A stretch of DNA of 64,000 nucleotides from Vicugna vicugna (lineage: Eukaryota), in contig MU061578.1 in NCBI GenBank assembly GCA_013265495.1, forward strand, positions 3,419,308 to 3,483,307. The letters run 5' to 3'. The translations under genes were made by a program, and so were the position numbers. The notes beneath the pieces were generated by a model, which saw only the letters and a program-made list of their open reading frames with translations, had not been told where the DNA came from and did not search any database. This document shows, piece after piece, positions 16,465 to 29,154 of this stretch. Position 1 is the first letter of the stretch. Each line of letters begins with the position of its first letter.

Positions 16465-17739
16465 TTAGTCCGCCTGGGTCCTGCGCTTCTTGGCTGGCCT
16501 GGTGTTGTCGGGGGTGGCTGGGCTGGGACTGAGATCAGGCAGTAGATCAGGGCACAGCTTCTGCCCCATAGCCTATGTCCACAGTGCTGTCTCCACGTGG
16601 TGAGGGGTCCACAGCCCTGAGGCCCTGCCTAGGGAGGAGCGGAGGGAGTCTGGGTCTCTGGGGCCCTGGCCACCCTACCCTGCTGGATAGCTGTGCACAC
16701 TCTACCCTGACCAGGGTCCTGGATGCCCTCCCTGGCCACCATCGTCAGTCTCCTCACCTCGGCTCAGGGCTGTGGCACGCTCTTGCACCCTGCCCAAGTA
16801 CAGCAGATAGTGCTTGAGAGTGTACTGCAGGGCTGGCAAGCCAGGCACTGCGGCCACTGCCTCCTCAGACATGAAAGCGGCCACCTCGGGAGCTCCAGCA
16901 GCCAGGATCGCTGCGGGCAGTGAAGGGCCAGCATTCAGGCCCCATCAGTCCCAGGACAGACTCAGCCTGGGGCCACCCTTACCAATGATCTCGGTGTGGT
17001 GTCATGTGCGTAGCCGTTAGGCAACTTCACAGATAAGGACGCTAATAGGCCAGGTCCCGCCCTAAACCCCGCCGGCGTGCCCAGGTCTCCCGACTAACCC
17101 GAGGCAGTAGTGGGGCCCACACCCTGGAGAGCGCACAATTCCATGACCGCTGCATGCATGTCTGGCAGGAGGCGGAATCGCGGCCGAACGCTGCACCACC
17201 AGCTCCGGGGAGTTGACGGTCACGAGTTGCTGCAGGAGCGGCCGGAAAAGGCCCCTCTGTGGCCAGGTCGTGTCAGGGTTCAGGGTTGGTAGACCTCGTC
17301 GGGGTCTCGGCTCCCAGGAGGAAGCCACGCCCACGCCGCGAGGGTCCACCTCAAGGAGGAGGGCCCGCCCAGAAGGAAGTCACGCCCACGAGGCTGTGCC
17401 CCGCCCCTGGAGGAGACTCCACCCCCCACGTGGGAAGCGCCTCACTGCCAGTTTCCACGCCAGCAACTGCTCCAGGTCATCTCGTGTCACGTGCTTCTCT
17501 ACTCGGCCCTTGATGGCCGCAGGCAACTCCTCTCGATACCTGGGGAAGGGCGGTGACGGGGAGTCCGGACAAAGAAAGTCGCCCGCCCGCCCGATCCTTC
17601 CACAGCCCTACCATCTGTCCAGGGCTTCCAACCGTCCCCGAGGGCCCGCGCGCGTCCGCAGCACCTCCGGGTGGCGCTTCAGGACAGCGGCCCAGCGGCT
17701 CGGGTCCTCACAGTCCCAAAGCCCACAGGACGCCGCCAT
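16465..17739 (-). pseudogene. Unnamed 5-exon gene for an HhH DNA-glycosylase-like (Amun / zgc:112496-type) protein, with two disabling lesions
   Basis: Minus-strand exons 17739-17612, 17539-17446, 17256-17099, 16910-16758, 16628-16465, all GT-AG with matching phases. Repaired translation: MAASCGLWDCEDPSRWAAVLKRHPEVLRTRAGPRGRLEALDRWYREELPAAIKGRVEKHVTRDDLEQLLAWKLARGLFRPLLQQLVTVNSPELVVQRSAA/FRLLPDMHAAVMELCALQGVGPTTASAILAAGAPEVAAFMSEEAVAAVPGLPALQYTLKHYLLYLGRVQERATALSRGRASGLWTPHHVETALWT*AMGQKLCPDLLPDLSPSPATPDNTRPAKKRRTQAD*. Frameshift near 17178; TAG at 16575-16573. Confidence 0.85.
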
Positions 17740-18018
17740 GTCTACGCGCCGAGGCGGGGCCTCGGAGGTGCGGCGTTGGAGCACCCGGGCGGGATTCAGT
17801 CAGGACCAACTCCGGGCTTCTCAGATTTAGATGCCGCGCGTGGTGTTGTTTTGAGTGCGTACTCCCTGCCTGCCCCGCCTCCGACGTGCTTCGGGTGCAC
17901 GCGCGGCCCCGCCCGCCCCTCTGTCCCCGCCCACCCGCGCGACCGGAAGTTCCGGTGGCTGAGTGCTGGGCCGGGCCCGAGCGGATCGCGGGCTCGGGCT
18001 GCGGGCGCAGGGCGGGCC

Positions 18019-18174
18019 NNNNNNNNNNNNNNNNNNNNNNNNNNNNNNNNNNNNNNNNNNNNNNNNNNNNNNNNNNNNNNNNNNNNNNNNNNNNNNNNNN
18101 NNNNNNNNNNNNNNNNNNNNNNNNNNNNNNNNNNNNNNNNNNNNNNNNNNNNNNNNNNNNNNNNNNNNNNNNNN
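18019..18174. other. Assembly gap (156 N) covering the STUB1 start codon
   Basis: Run of N; the STUB1 frame resumes at 18175 (VGRKYPEAAACYGRAI). Confidence 1.
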
Positions 18175-20110
<1,936 letters not shown>

Positions 20111-20344
20111 GGCAGGGCAAATGCATGGGTCACTCACCCTGCCTTGCCTGGTACCCTGGCACAGTAGGGCCTTAGGGCAGTAGCCTTTAGCCTCTGTACA
20201 TAGTTTATGTCCCTGGATCTCTGCGCTGGTGTCCCCATCCCACCCCCATCAGTTCTTCTGGGCCATGAGTCTCCACTCATCCCTCTTATAGACCAGAAAT
20301 AGTGGGTGAGGGGCTGAGGCTGCTGCTGCCACCACTGTCCCTGT

Positions 20345-20350
20345 AATAAA
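20345..20350 (+). terminator. polyA signal AATAAA for STUB1
   Basis: Canonical hexamer 235 nt after the stop codon. Confidence 0.75.
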
Positions 20351-20416
20351 ATCTGTGAGCACTATAGGGGCGTGTGCTGGTGTGCAACAGGTTCGCCAGC
20401 TACCCCCTTCCTTTGG

Positions 20417-22014
20417 CTAACTGAGGAAGGTAGAGATGAAGACACTGGTGTCGAGGTTGAGTGTGGCATGCCACCACCGGTCAGGGAAGTACAGCACCTG
20501 GTGGAGGATGGGAGGGCACAGGGATTGGCTGGGGGCCCTTGGTTGCGCCCACTCTGGCTCCAGCCTGCCAGCCACTGACCTCACCAGCCTGGATGGTGCA
20601 TTCCAGGGGCCGTGCAGATGGTGCCAAGGCCGGGTATGTGTCCCGGAGCCAGGCCAGCGTGGTCTTGTTGGGGTGGAACTCCGGTGTCTTCTCAGGGGGG
20701 TACAGGAACCAGCGCTGAGAATGGGAGCATCAAGGTTATTCTGTGTGTTGTGGTCAGTGAATCCAAAGTCTCAGCCACCACCCTGTGCTGACCTTGCGGC
20801 CGTAGATCACCTCCGAGAACCCGGGACCATGCCAGTGGAAGGGCACCCCAGAGCCGGCTCCTGTGGGTTATTTATGAACAATTGGGTTACCAAGCTTAAT
20901 CCTCTCCCCCTTCTCTCTGGCTGCCCAGTCCCCAAGTCTCCTGGTCCTGAAAGGCACACTCACCTGCAATTCCAAAGCTATAAGCAGGAGTGGTACCTAG
21001 CAGACCAAATGGAGGTGGAGAGTAGTGCCGAAAGAGTGATGCCCATTCAGTGAAGTTGTTGTCCCCGAAAAAGTACAGGGTGTCTGTCAGAGAGAACATG
21101 GGAGAATGCAGGGATCTCGGCACCTAGGCAATCCTAAATCATCCCATGCTACCCTAATCTGGCTCACCATTGCCCATGGAGAGGGGATCCTGAGGGTGCA
21201 GCATCTGCTCCACATACTCCTGAAAGGGCAGATCCACTGCAGTGTGAAAAGGGATGGTCATGACTGGTTTGTGCTGGTAGCACGATGCTGGGTTGCAGGG
21301 TAGGGCAGCTCACCTTTCCGGTAGGAGTAGGTGTTGGCAGTACTCAACCGGACCACGCTGTCCCCAAAAGAGGCCAGTAGCCTTTCACGGGAGCACAGGA
21401 CCCGGAACCTCTGCAGGAGTAGGGAGAGGACTTAGGGGTCAGGTCTAGCAAGGGCGAAAGGTGGCCGAGAGAGGCGTGAGCACTCACCGAGTTGTCTGTG
21501 AGCCCTTGCAGAATGACAGGTCTGGAGAAGGCGTAGCTAGAAAGAAGGGCAGGGTCACCGCCAGGGCTAGTCCACGCCTACCACCGTCCCGCCCACGCGC
21601 GCTCGCATGAGTTCTGGGAGAGGCAGCCTAGGGAGTTCCGGGGTTACGGGCCAGCAGACCAGTGCACGGCCTCAGCGGTGTAGGGTGACGGAACCCCAAG
21701 GATGGTTTTCGGGCGTGGGTGTGGCCACACAGGAGGATGCACATACTGCTGCATGAACTCGGCGTAGCTGAGGTCCACTCGGCGCTCCACCGTGCAGCGT
21801 TCCTCCTCCGCCACGGCCACCGGTGCCCCCGGCCCATACCGCGGCCTGCGGACACAACCGGTGAATGCCCCGGGCCGTCCCGCCGCGCGCCCCGCTCTAT
21901 CCGGCCGCCCAGCGCCGCTCACCATCCTCCGTCGTTCGCCTCCGCGGGACTACGGGCGGAAGACGCCAGCATCCAGAACGCGAGCAGCAGAAGTGGTCGC
22001 AACCCAGGTGCCAT
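20417..22014 (-). CDS. JMJD8: JmjC domain-containing protein 8, complete, 9 exons, 269 aa
   Basis: Exons 22014-21923, 21845-21747, 21536-21488, 21410-21314, 21236-21168, 21083-20964, 20860-20793, 20714-20580, 20497-20417 (810 nt). Signal-peptide-like MAPGLRPLLLLAFWMLAS, EEERCTVERR, GSGVPFHWHGPG, VLYFPDRWWHATLNLD. Confidence 0.96.
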
Positions 22015-22256
22015 GAGCCCGCCGCCGCGAGGCATGCCGGGAACTTCGTCGTCGTGGCAACGGCGCGGCTCCCGGAAGCGGCCTCCTTTGGCCCGCCCCG
22101 GAAGGAGGGGGTACTTCCGAAAGGCGGGACGAAGGCCACACCAGAAGCAGCTACTGGCTACTGACAGCTCACTTGGTGACAAGACCCCCCGCGGGGATCC
22201 GACCTTAAGCGACGCGACCAGATGACAGGTAGCCCCAGACTGCGGCTCCTGCTTCC

Positions 22257-22262
22257 TTTATT
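22257..22262 (-). terminator. polyA signal AATAAA (minus strand) for WDR24
   Basis: Forward tttatt, 43 nt after the WDR24 stop codon. Confidence 0.65.
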
Positions 22263-22304
22263 TGGTTCATAAGCCCCACCCCCCCTCCGGGTCCGGCAGG
22301 CTGG

Positions 22305-25300
22305 TCAGGAGTACTCGCACAGGTGGCCACAGCCGGCAGGGCAGTGGGAGCTGCCCTCCAGCCACTTCATGATGTGCTGCAGGTGGCCGCCGTGACTGCA
22401 GCCCTGGCACCACACGAAGAGACCCTTGACCACGTGGTGGCAGACGGCGCACATGCTGGCGCAGCGGTGGCACCTGTCGCAGACCCAGCCCCGGCTGCTC
22501 ATGGGCCGCTTGCAGTGACTGCAGTTGACGTGCAGGGTGGTGGAGGCCTGGTTGAGGCAGCTGATGGCGCGGCTGGTGCTGAGCTTGACCACCTGGTTGG
22601 ACACGTTCCAGAGGCAGAAGCGCTGCAGCAGGTCGATGTAGGACGTGTACCAGTGCTCCTGGTGGTGTGGGGAGGGGAGGAGGGAGGTAGGAAGCCAGGG
22701 TCGCAAGCGCACTGAGGGGCCTCACCAGACTGTGCTGGGCACAGACACGGGTATGGGTGCAGGGGGACCGTACAGGGGCAGTCCTGGGGGTAGCAGCTGC
22801 TCCAGGAAAGCCCCCTAGACCCTGTCACCCACCTGGGTCTGCTCGTCGATGTCCTTTCGCACTCGTTCACCCAGCACGATGAGCACGGATACGGCCATCT
22901 GCACGTCACCCTGCTCGGCATAGAAGCGCAGCATGTCGCACACCAGGGCGCTGAAGAAGTCAGGCGGTAGGCGGCTGTCGTACAGTGCGTGCGAGACAGA
23001 GATGAGTGAAAAGGAGGAGTCCATAGGCACCAGGGAGGCTGCATCTGCCTCACTGCCGCTCACGTGGGGCGAGTCAGCCTTGTCCTGCAGGTGCTCAGGC
23101 CCGGGCGGGGTGTCCACAATCTCGTGGCGCAGCGGGAAGGCCTCCTGGGGCAGCACGTACTCTGGCTCCTCCGCTGTGGTGCAGGGCGGGGTAGACAGGG
23201 TCTGAGTATCTGGCCCCGCCTCCCATCCCCTCCCCCTCCCCAAGCCTCACTTACAGTGTGCGTGCTCTGGGTCCAGGAGGTACAGCTCATCCTCCTCACC
23301 CTCCACATCGCCCAGCAGATAATCCGCAGGCACATCGCTGCCCTCGGTCTCCTCGTTATCTGACCGAGGGAGAGAGGGCATTCCAGGGCCGGCTTGCTCT
23401 GGCACGCCCCAGTCCCACTCCCATGAACGCTCTGTGCCTGCCCTCTAGCCTACCTTCATTGGTGATGAGCGTGGCTGAGGAGTCCAGCAGCACTGTGTCA
23501 CTCCGTGTGTCACCCTTGCTGCGGTCCAGCCGCGTCTCACTGCCCAGCCCTGGGGCCATATCCTTCAAGTTGAAACTGGGGGGAGGGAGGGTCAATAGGT
23601 GGGTGGACTCCAGCAATCCTACCCCCTAGGGAGTGCCACCCCCAGGTGTCTACCTGTTCATGAGTGGCAGGCCGCAGGAGCTGCCCTTGCCCACACTGTG
23701 GTTGAGGTTGGTGGCAGGCACTAGGCCAGGGCTACAGTAGATGATTCGTAGCATGGTCCACGTCTGCGCCACCTAGAGGTGGGCACTGGTCACTCACAGG
23801 GTCCTAGGTCCCTGGCAGCCTCTGCAGGTACCCCCCCCAATGGAACCACAAACCCTCAGCTTTCAGCTGCCCCAGGGACCCAATGTCCTGGCCCACCCCA
23901 GACAGGGGAGCTGAGGCTCTCTTGGGAAAGACAAAAATCCTAGCCTCCATCCAGCAGAGGCACAGAAGGAAATGTGGAAACGAGCCTGGGATCCCACGGA
24001 GGTGATGAGAGAAGCACTGTGGACTTCTGCAGGGCCAGACACCTTGGGAAATCCAAAAGCAAGAAAAGCCAGAAAAGGGGGCTCCAGCCCCACAATACCC
24101 CAGACTGGCACCCCAAGAATGGCACTGGCGTCTGGCCCACTCTTGGGGTTCTGGACACCCTCAGTTACGGGGGCAAAAGCCAGTGGTAGCCTTGACCAGA
24201 GCCAAGCACCAAACTCAAGACAGGGTCTGGGCTTAGCAAAGTCAGAGAAGCCCCCTGATGCTGTCCCAAGGTCATGGCCCCCTCAGCCCAGCCTCACCTA
24301 CCTGGTTGCGGCCAAGCTCTCGAGCCACTTTTGCATTGTGGTCGCAGAGTTCAGCCAGTGGCCGGCCAGCCAGGGCATAACGTTCAGCCGTGTCCACAAA
24401 CCAGCTCATGCTACCACTGCCAGGCTCCATTTCAAAGACACTGAGGGCACTGGAGGCAAGGCCTGCAAAGGGCTCAGCGGGATCCAGCTTGCGCTTGAAA
24501 AAGATTGGGTGGCGCCGATCCCCGGTGTAGGGTTTGCGCCCTGATTCAGTGGCCACTAGGCTCTCCTTGGCTGCAAAGGCCAGATCCCCAAAGAGACCGT
24601 AGCAGAGACCCTCAGGGTTGGCACGCTCAACGGGCTGACTGGCATCACGGAACAGGTGCTGGCACAGGGTACTGTCCTTAGAGCCGGAGAGCAGGAAGGA
24701 GGGGTCGTGTGGGTGGCGCCAGGCGATGCCTGTTGTGACGTCGCGGTGTTCCTCAAACATGGCGGCTGGCACAAAGGGTCGGCGCACATCCCACACGTAG
24801 ATGTTGTGGTCCACCATCATGGAGCATGTGGCTAGGTGGTGGCGGCACTCAGGTCGCCACTTGACTCTGGCCACCGATGCAATGGTTTGCACACAATGCA
24901 CCTCCTTAGCTCGGTGTGTAGTCATGTCCCAGACCTTGACCATCTTGTCACGCCCACCTGTGGCCAGCCAGCCCCTGCAGAAAGCCCAGGAAGCTCTCAG
25001 TGTCCTCTTTTTTGGATGGGAGGGCTCCCCACTCTCTGTCTCACATGCCTTGAGGCAGTGAGATAGCCCTTCCATAAGCCCCACCTGCCTTGCCCCGTCG
25101 CCCCAGCCCCCACCCCACCCCACACCTGTCCTCTGGGTGCCAGTCGCAGCAGAAGACAGGCCCATTGTGGGCTGTGAACATTCTCTCACAGCGGTCTGGC
25201 CGCCGAATGTCCCAGAGCTGCACGTTGCCATTCTCAAAGGTGGAGGCGAAGGTGAAGTAGTCCCGGATGCTGAACTGGACGTCACGCACACTCTCAGACT

Positions 25301-26899
25301 GGCCTGTGGGCAGGACATCAGTGGAGTGAGAAAGTCAGGGGGCCAGCCTCCAGGGAGCTCCAGGAGGGACAGCAATCAAGAGCGGAGCCCTCAGAATGGA
25401 TGTGGACTGATGTCACGTCTGCCTGTGACCCAGGTCAGGAGGCCTGCCCAGGGCAGACAGGGGTACAGAGAGGGCTCACAGAGCAGACAAGAATGGCCTG
25501 GGCTGGCAAGCAGGACACCAGGCATTGAGTGTTTTTTTGACACAAACTCCTGGACCTTGATTTTTCCTGGATTCTGTGTCTTGACATCAGTCCTTGTGCA
25601 AAGCTGTGGCCAGCTTCAGGACTGGGTATCAGAGCATTGAGTGAACAGGAGCCTCACTGGGCCATCTGTCCACAATACGTCACAGGCCTCAGGCCCAAGG
25701 AGGCATGAATGGGCTGCCCCCACCTCTGCCCAGTCCCTTCACCTTTAGCTGGAGCTGCCAGAGGACTGGAGGCCTTGAGGGTCATGTCCACCCTTGTGGA
25801 CCACTCCAGCTTTGTCCCAGCACAGGTAGCTCAAGGTCTGTCTTAAGAGGGCCCCTAGTTCTCTGAGGGCTCTGCCCTATGCTTCACTTGATCTCAGCAA
25901 GGTGGAAGAGGGAAAGCTGGCTCAAGTTGGGCTGTCAGGGAGCTGGGCCTCCTGAGAAAAGAACTGTAGGAGCAGCACCAGGCTGTGTGCCACACCACTA
26001 CTGCTTTCCTGGGCTGAGGACCCTGGAGGTAGAAGACATCATGCAATAAGGTGGCCTGGAGCTCTGAGACAAGGGAAGAGGCAGTTAAACAAACCCTTTG
26101 CTCAGCTGCCCAGGTTAGTTGTGGATCTGCTCAGGCTCTACCCTCTCCCTGATCCTACACCCAGCCTCAACTCCTGCTGACCCCACAAGTGCATCAGAGC
26201 TGTGACCACACTCCAGGTACCCCTCACACTTCCATCAGGCCTACCCCTCCCCTGCTGACCTCCATCCACTCTTCCAGCTAGGGTGACCCCCTCCTCCAGG
26301 AGGCCGTCTGGGAGCACATCTGAGGGCCTTTAATGCACAGAGCACTTCTCAACATGCCTAGACAGGCTAGCTGCCTGCAGAGATGCACACCTGCCCAACC
26401 CACCTCCAAGGGCCTCACCCGAGAAAGTGCTGACAGAGTCCTTCCTGCGAAGATCAAAGCACTTCATGAAGCCATCCTGGGAGCCACTGAGAAGCACATG
26501 AGCCTCAGTGGGATGGAAGCAGACTTTGTTCACTGTGCGCTTGTGCTCAGTAAACAGCTGGTCCTGCTTGTTGCGGGACGGCCGGCCCAAGTTCCAGGTG
26601 ACCACCACGCCATTGGTGGCAGCTGTGGCCAGCAGGTTCTCATCCATCTGGTGCCAGACAACATCTGCACAGCTCAGGTTGAGTGAGGGCTTGCGGCCCA
26701 CACGCAGGTTCAGCTTCTCCACAAACTGCTCCTCCTCGATGGCATAGATCTTGAAGATGCTGCGACCGGCCACCACTACCTGGGCTGCATCACGGCACAC
26801 ACTGATGGCATTGGCTGGTGCATCCAGGTGGCAGTGCATGGTGCGGCCCGTCAGCACGCTGCCACCCAGGGCTGTAGTCACGCGAGACATCTTCTCCAT
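22305..26899 (-). CDS. WDR24: GATOR2 subunit WDR24, complete, 790 aa from 8 coding exons
   Basis: Exons 26899-26419, 25303-25126, 24974-24302, 23772-23654, 23575-23454, 23359-23255, 23173-22833, 22658-22305 (2373 nt). [16 protein letters not shown]40 repeats, and C-terminal zinc-finger/RING ([23 protein letters not shown]...CGHLCEYS*). Confidence 0.97.
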
Positions 26900-27399
26900 G
26901 GCTGCACAGGTGGTGGGGACAGGTCAGTGAAGTGGGCAGGCCTGGTCAGGCTGGAGGCAGGGGCCTGTCAATTCAGACCCTTCACCCTTGGTGGTTCCTC
27001 CAAAACTGCTTAGGCCTGGACTGGTCAGCCTTGGTGAGCCATTCCAAGGCAGTCCACCGTTAGTCAGTCTGATAGGCAAGTTCCACCACTCTAGCCAGGC
27101 AGTCAGAAGGTACTGCCCTGAGGCTAGTCAGTGCCATGTCTGACTTCTGGGGAAGACCCTACCTGGTCAGTCCCAGGCCAGGCCACCTCTCCAACCGCAC
27201 TCCTCTCCCAAAACAGCCAGATCAGAACGGTCACTGGACCTTCAATCAGTCAGTTAAGTCAGGTTGTTCCATCGTCCGCACAATTGGCCTCTGGGGAGGG
27301 GGTAGAAGGGCTAACGGGGCCCAGAAGACACAGGCTGTAGAGGGGCGGGGGACACAGGGACCTCAAGGATCAAGCTGTTTAAGGAGCCTCGGGGTGTCT

Positions 27400-27620
27400 G
27401 GCGGGACCGGAGGCAGAAGAGGCTGGCGGCGCGGAGGCTGCGGGAACAGAGCCAGAAGAACCGTATAAATCGCTCCTTCCGAGAACACCAAAACCATTTC
27501 CTAAAATTACCCAGCCGAGCCGGAACCGCCGCGCCGGAAGCAGCCCGTCGCTAGGACGTGGTCCTTTACTTGCCAGCCCCTGGCTGGAAGCGGACGCCCA
27601 CATCACCAAAGTTCCGGATT
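27400..27620 (-). promoter_or_regulatory. Small CpG-rich promoter of WDR24 (approximate bounds)
   Basis: CpG cluster with several ccggaa/cggaag ETS motifs 500-700 nt upstream of ATG 26899. Confidence 0.55.
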
Positions 27621-28074
27621 AGGGAGCTGCGCTGGTAGAGGCTGAGGTGTGTGGTTCAGGACTTGGGTACAGAGGCTCCCCGGTTACGTATCGGGGGTTG
27701 TTCTCTTTGTCGCAGTATATTAATACCAGTGTTCATCTCTCCCCCAAGGTCCGTCGGCAAGTCTAGGCTTCCTTAAACGAGTCCCGAATCCTTCCGTCGT
27801 CTCTGCCTCCGTCCTCATTCTCCGCCAGGCCCCGTGAGCAGCTTCCTGACAGCTTTCCCTGGGTCCCTCGTTCCCCCTGATCTGAACCCCGCACAGCAGC
27901 CAGATACCACTCTTTGGCCTAACGTCCCTCTTAAGTTTCCACCGGACTGTGAATAAATCGCAAACTCCCGGCGTCTTCCTCTCCCCGCGCACCTCTAGCC
28001 CCAGCAGCTTCCAGCCCGCCGAGTTCTTTCCTGCCTCACCGCCATCACACGTTGTCGCTCTCTCTCCAGAACGC

Positions 28075-28300
28075 GTCTTCTTATCCTTCAGGGTTCAGCT
28101 TAAGTGTCACATTCTCAGAGGCATTCCCGGACCACTGCATCTAACACTGCCTCTCCGGTCGCTGTCACCTCCACCTCCACCGCACTTGTCACAACCTTTT
28201 CCTTTGTATACTGATTATCGTCTATCACATATGTGTGTGAACTCCACCAGGCAAGGATCACATCTTGTCTCCAAGAGCTCCAACGTCTGACATGACCTGT
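28075..28300. mobile_element. Degenerate L2 3' fragment
   Basis: ttatccttcagggttcagcttaagtgtcacattctcagaggcattccc ... tgtgaactccaccaggcaaggatc resembles the L2 3' consensus from recall. Confidence 0.5.
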
Positions 28301-28729
28301 TCACAACCCGCTCAGTGACCGTCTCTGAGCCTCCCTTTCTCTCTTGGGTATGATCCCTGGTCTGTCCTTGCCGTGTGATCTTTAAGGACACCCTTGACCC
28401 TCTCTTAACCTCAGTTACCCTGTGCAGGAAACAGGGCTCATTTTTGCCCTTCTGAAAGGATAGGTTAGATCCTAGATATTTTGGACGGAATCTTATGTGT
28501 AATGATTTTAGTGTTTCTCCCTACTTAAGCAGTGAGAGGTTAGGGACCTTCTGTGTTGGTCGCTGCTGGGTTTCCAGTCTGGCACAGTGTTACCAGCCTC
28601 TACATGTTTGTTGAAAGAACCAATAAGTCTGATGAGAGGTGCACAAAAATTCAGATGTATGCCACTCAAGACAGATACACCCTCCCCCACCATGGTCTGA
28701 TGACCTAAAAACAATTCAGACCTGTGTTT

Positions 28730-28909
28730 NNNNNNNNNNNNNNNNNNNNNNNNNNNNNNNNNNNNNNNNNNNNNNNNNNNNNNNNNNNNNNNNNNNNNNN
28801 NNNNNNNNNNNNNNNNNNNNNNNNNNNNNNNNNNNNNNNNNNNNNNNNNNNNNNNNNNNNNNNNNNNNNNNNNNNNNNNNNNNNNNNNNNNNNNNNNNNN
28901 NNNNNNNNN
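28730..28909. other. Assembly gap (180 N), probably in the distal FBXL16 3' UTR
   Basis: Run of N. The flank ends in gtgttt, so the FBXL16 polyA signal (forward tttatt) may begin at the gap edge (inference). Confidence 0.95.
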
Positions 28910-29108
28910 CCTACAGTCATTGGAAATATCACAGCTTCAGTTGCATTAATACTTTGGACAAATGGACAGCTGCCCCTCCCCACTAGGGAGCTGTGGGGAG
29001 AAGAAGCTGAAGAAACTGGCTCCTGACCACCTCAACCCTGGAGCCTCTGGCCAGTGCTCCAGGGGCAGGGAAATCTTTGGGCTGTTGAACTGTTTCTCTT
29101 CAACAGCA

Positions 29109-29148
<40 letters not shown>

Positions 29149-29154
29149 TCTCTC
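29109..29154. repeat. (TC)n microsatellite with one interruption, in the likely FBXL16 3' UTR
   Basis: tctctc... run of about 23 units with a G at 29136. Confidence 0.95.

Noticed and set aside
16573-16575. Recoding (selenocysteine or read-through) as a rescue of the internal stop in the hidden gene
   Set aside because: The codon is TAG, not TGA; I see no SECIS-like hairpin; and the upstream frameshift would still disable the protein.
17172-17190. Programmed ribosomal frameshift in the hidden gene
   Set aside because: No slippery heptamer (X XXY YYZ) or known +1 shift site. A simple indel or a sequencing error is more parsimonious.
27464-27471. TATAAAT on the plus strand near the WDR24 promoter
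   Set aside because: Wrong orientation for WDR24, and no plus-strand exon structure follows it.
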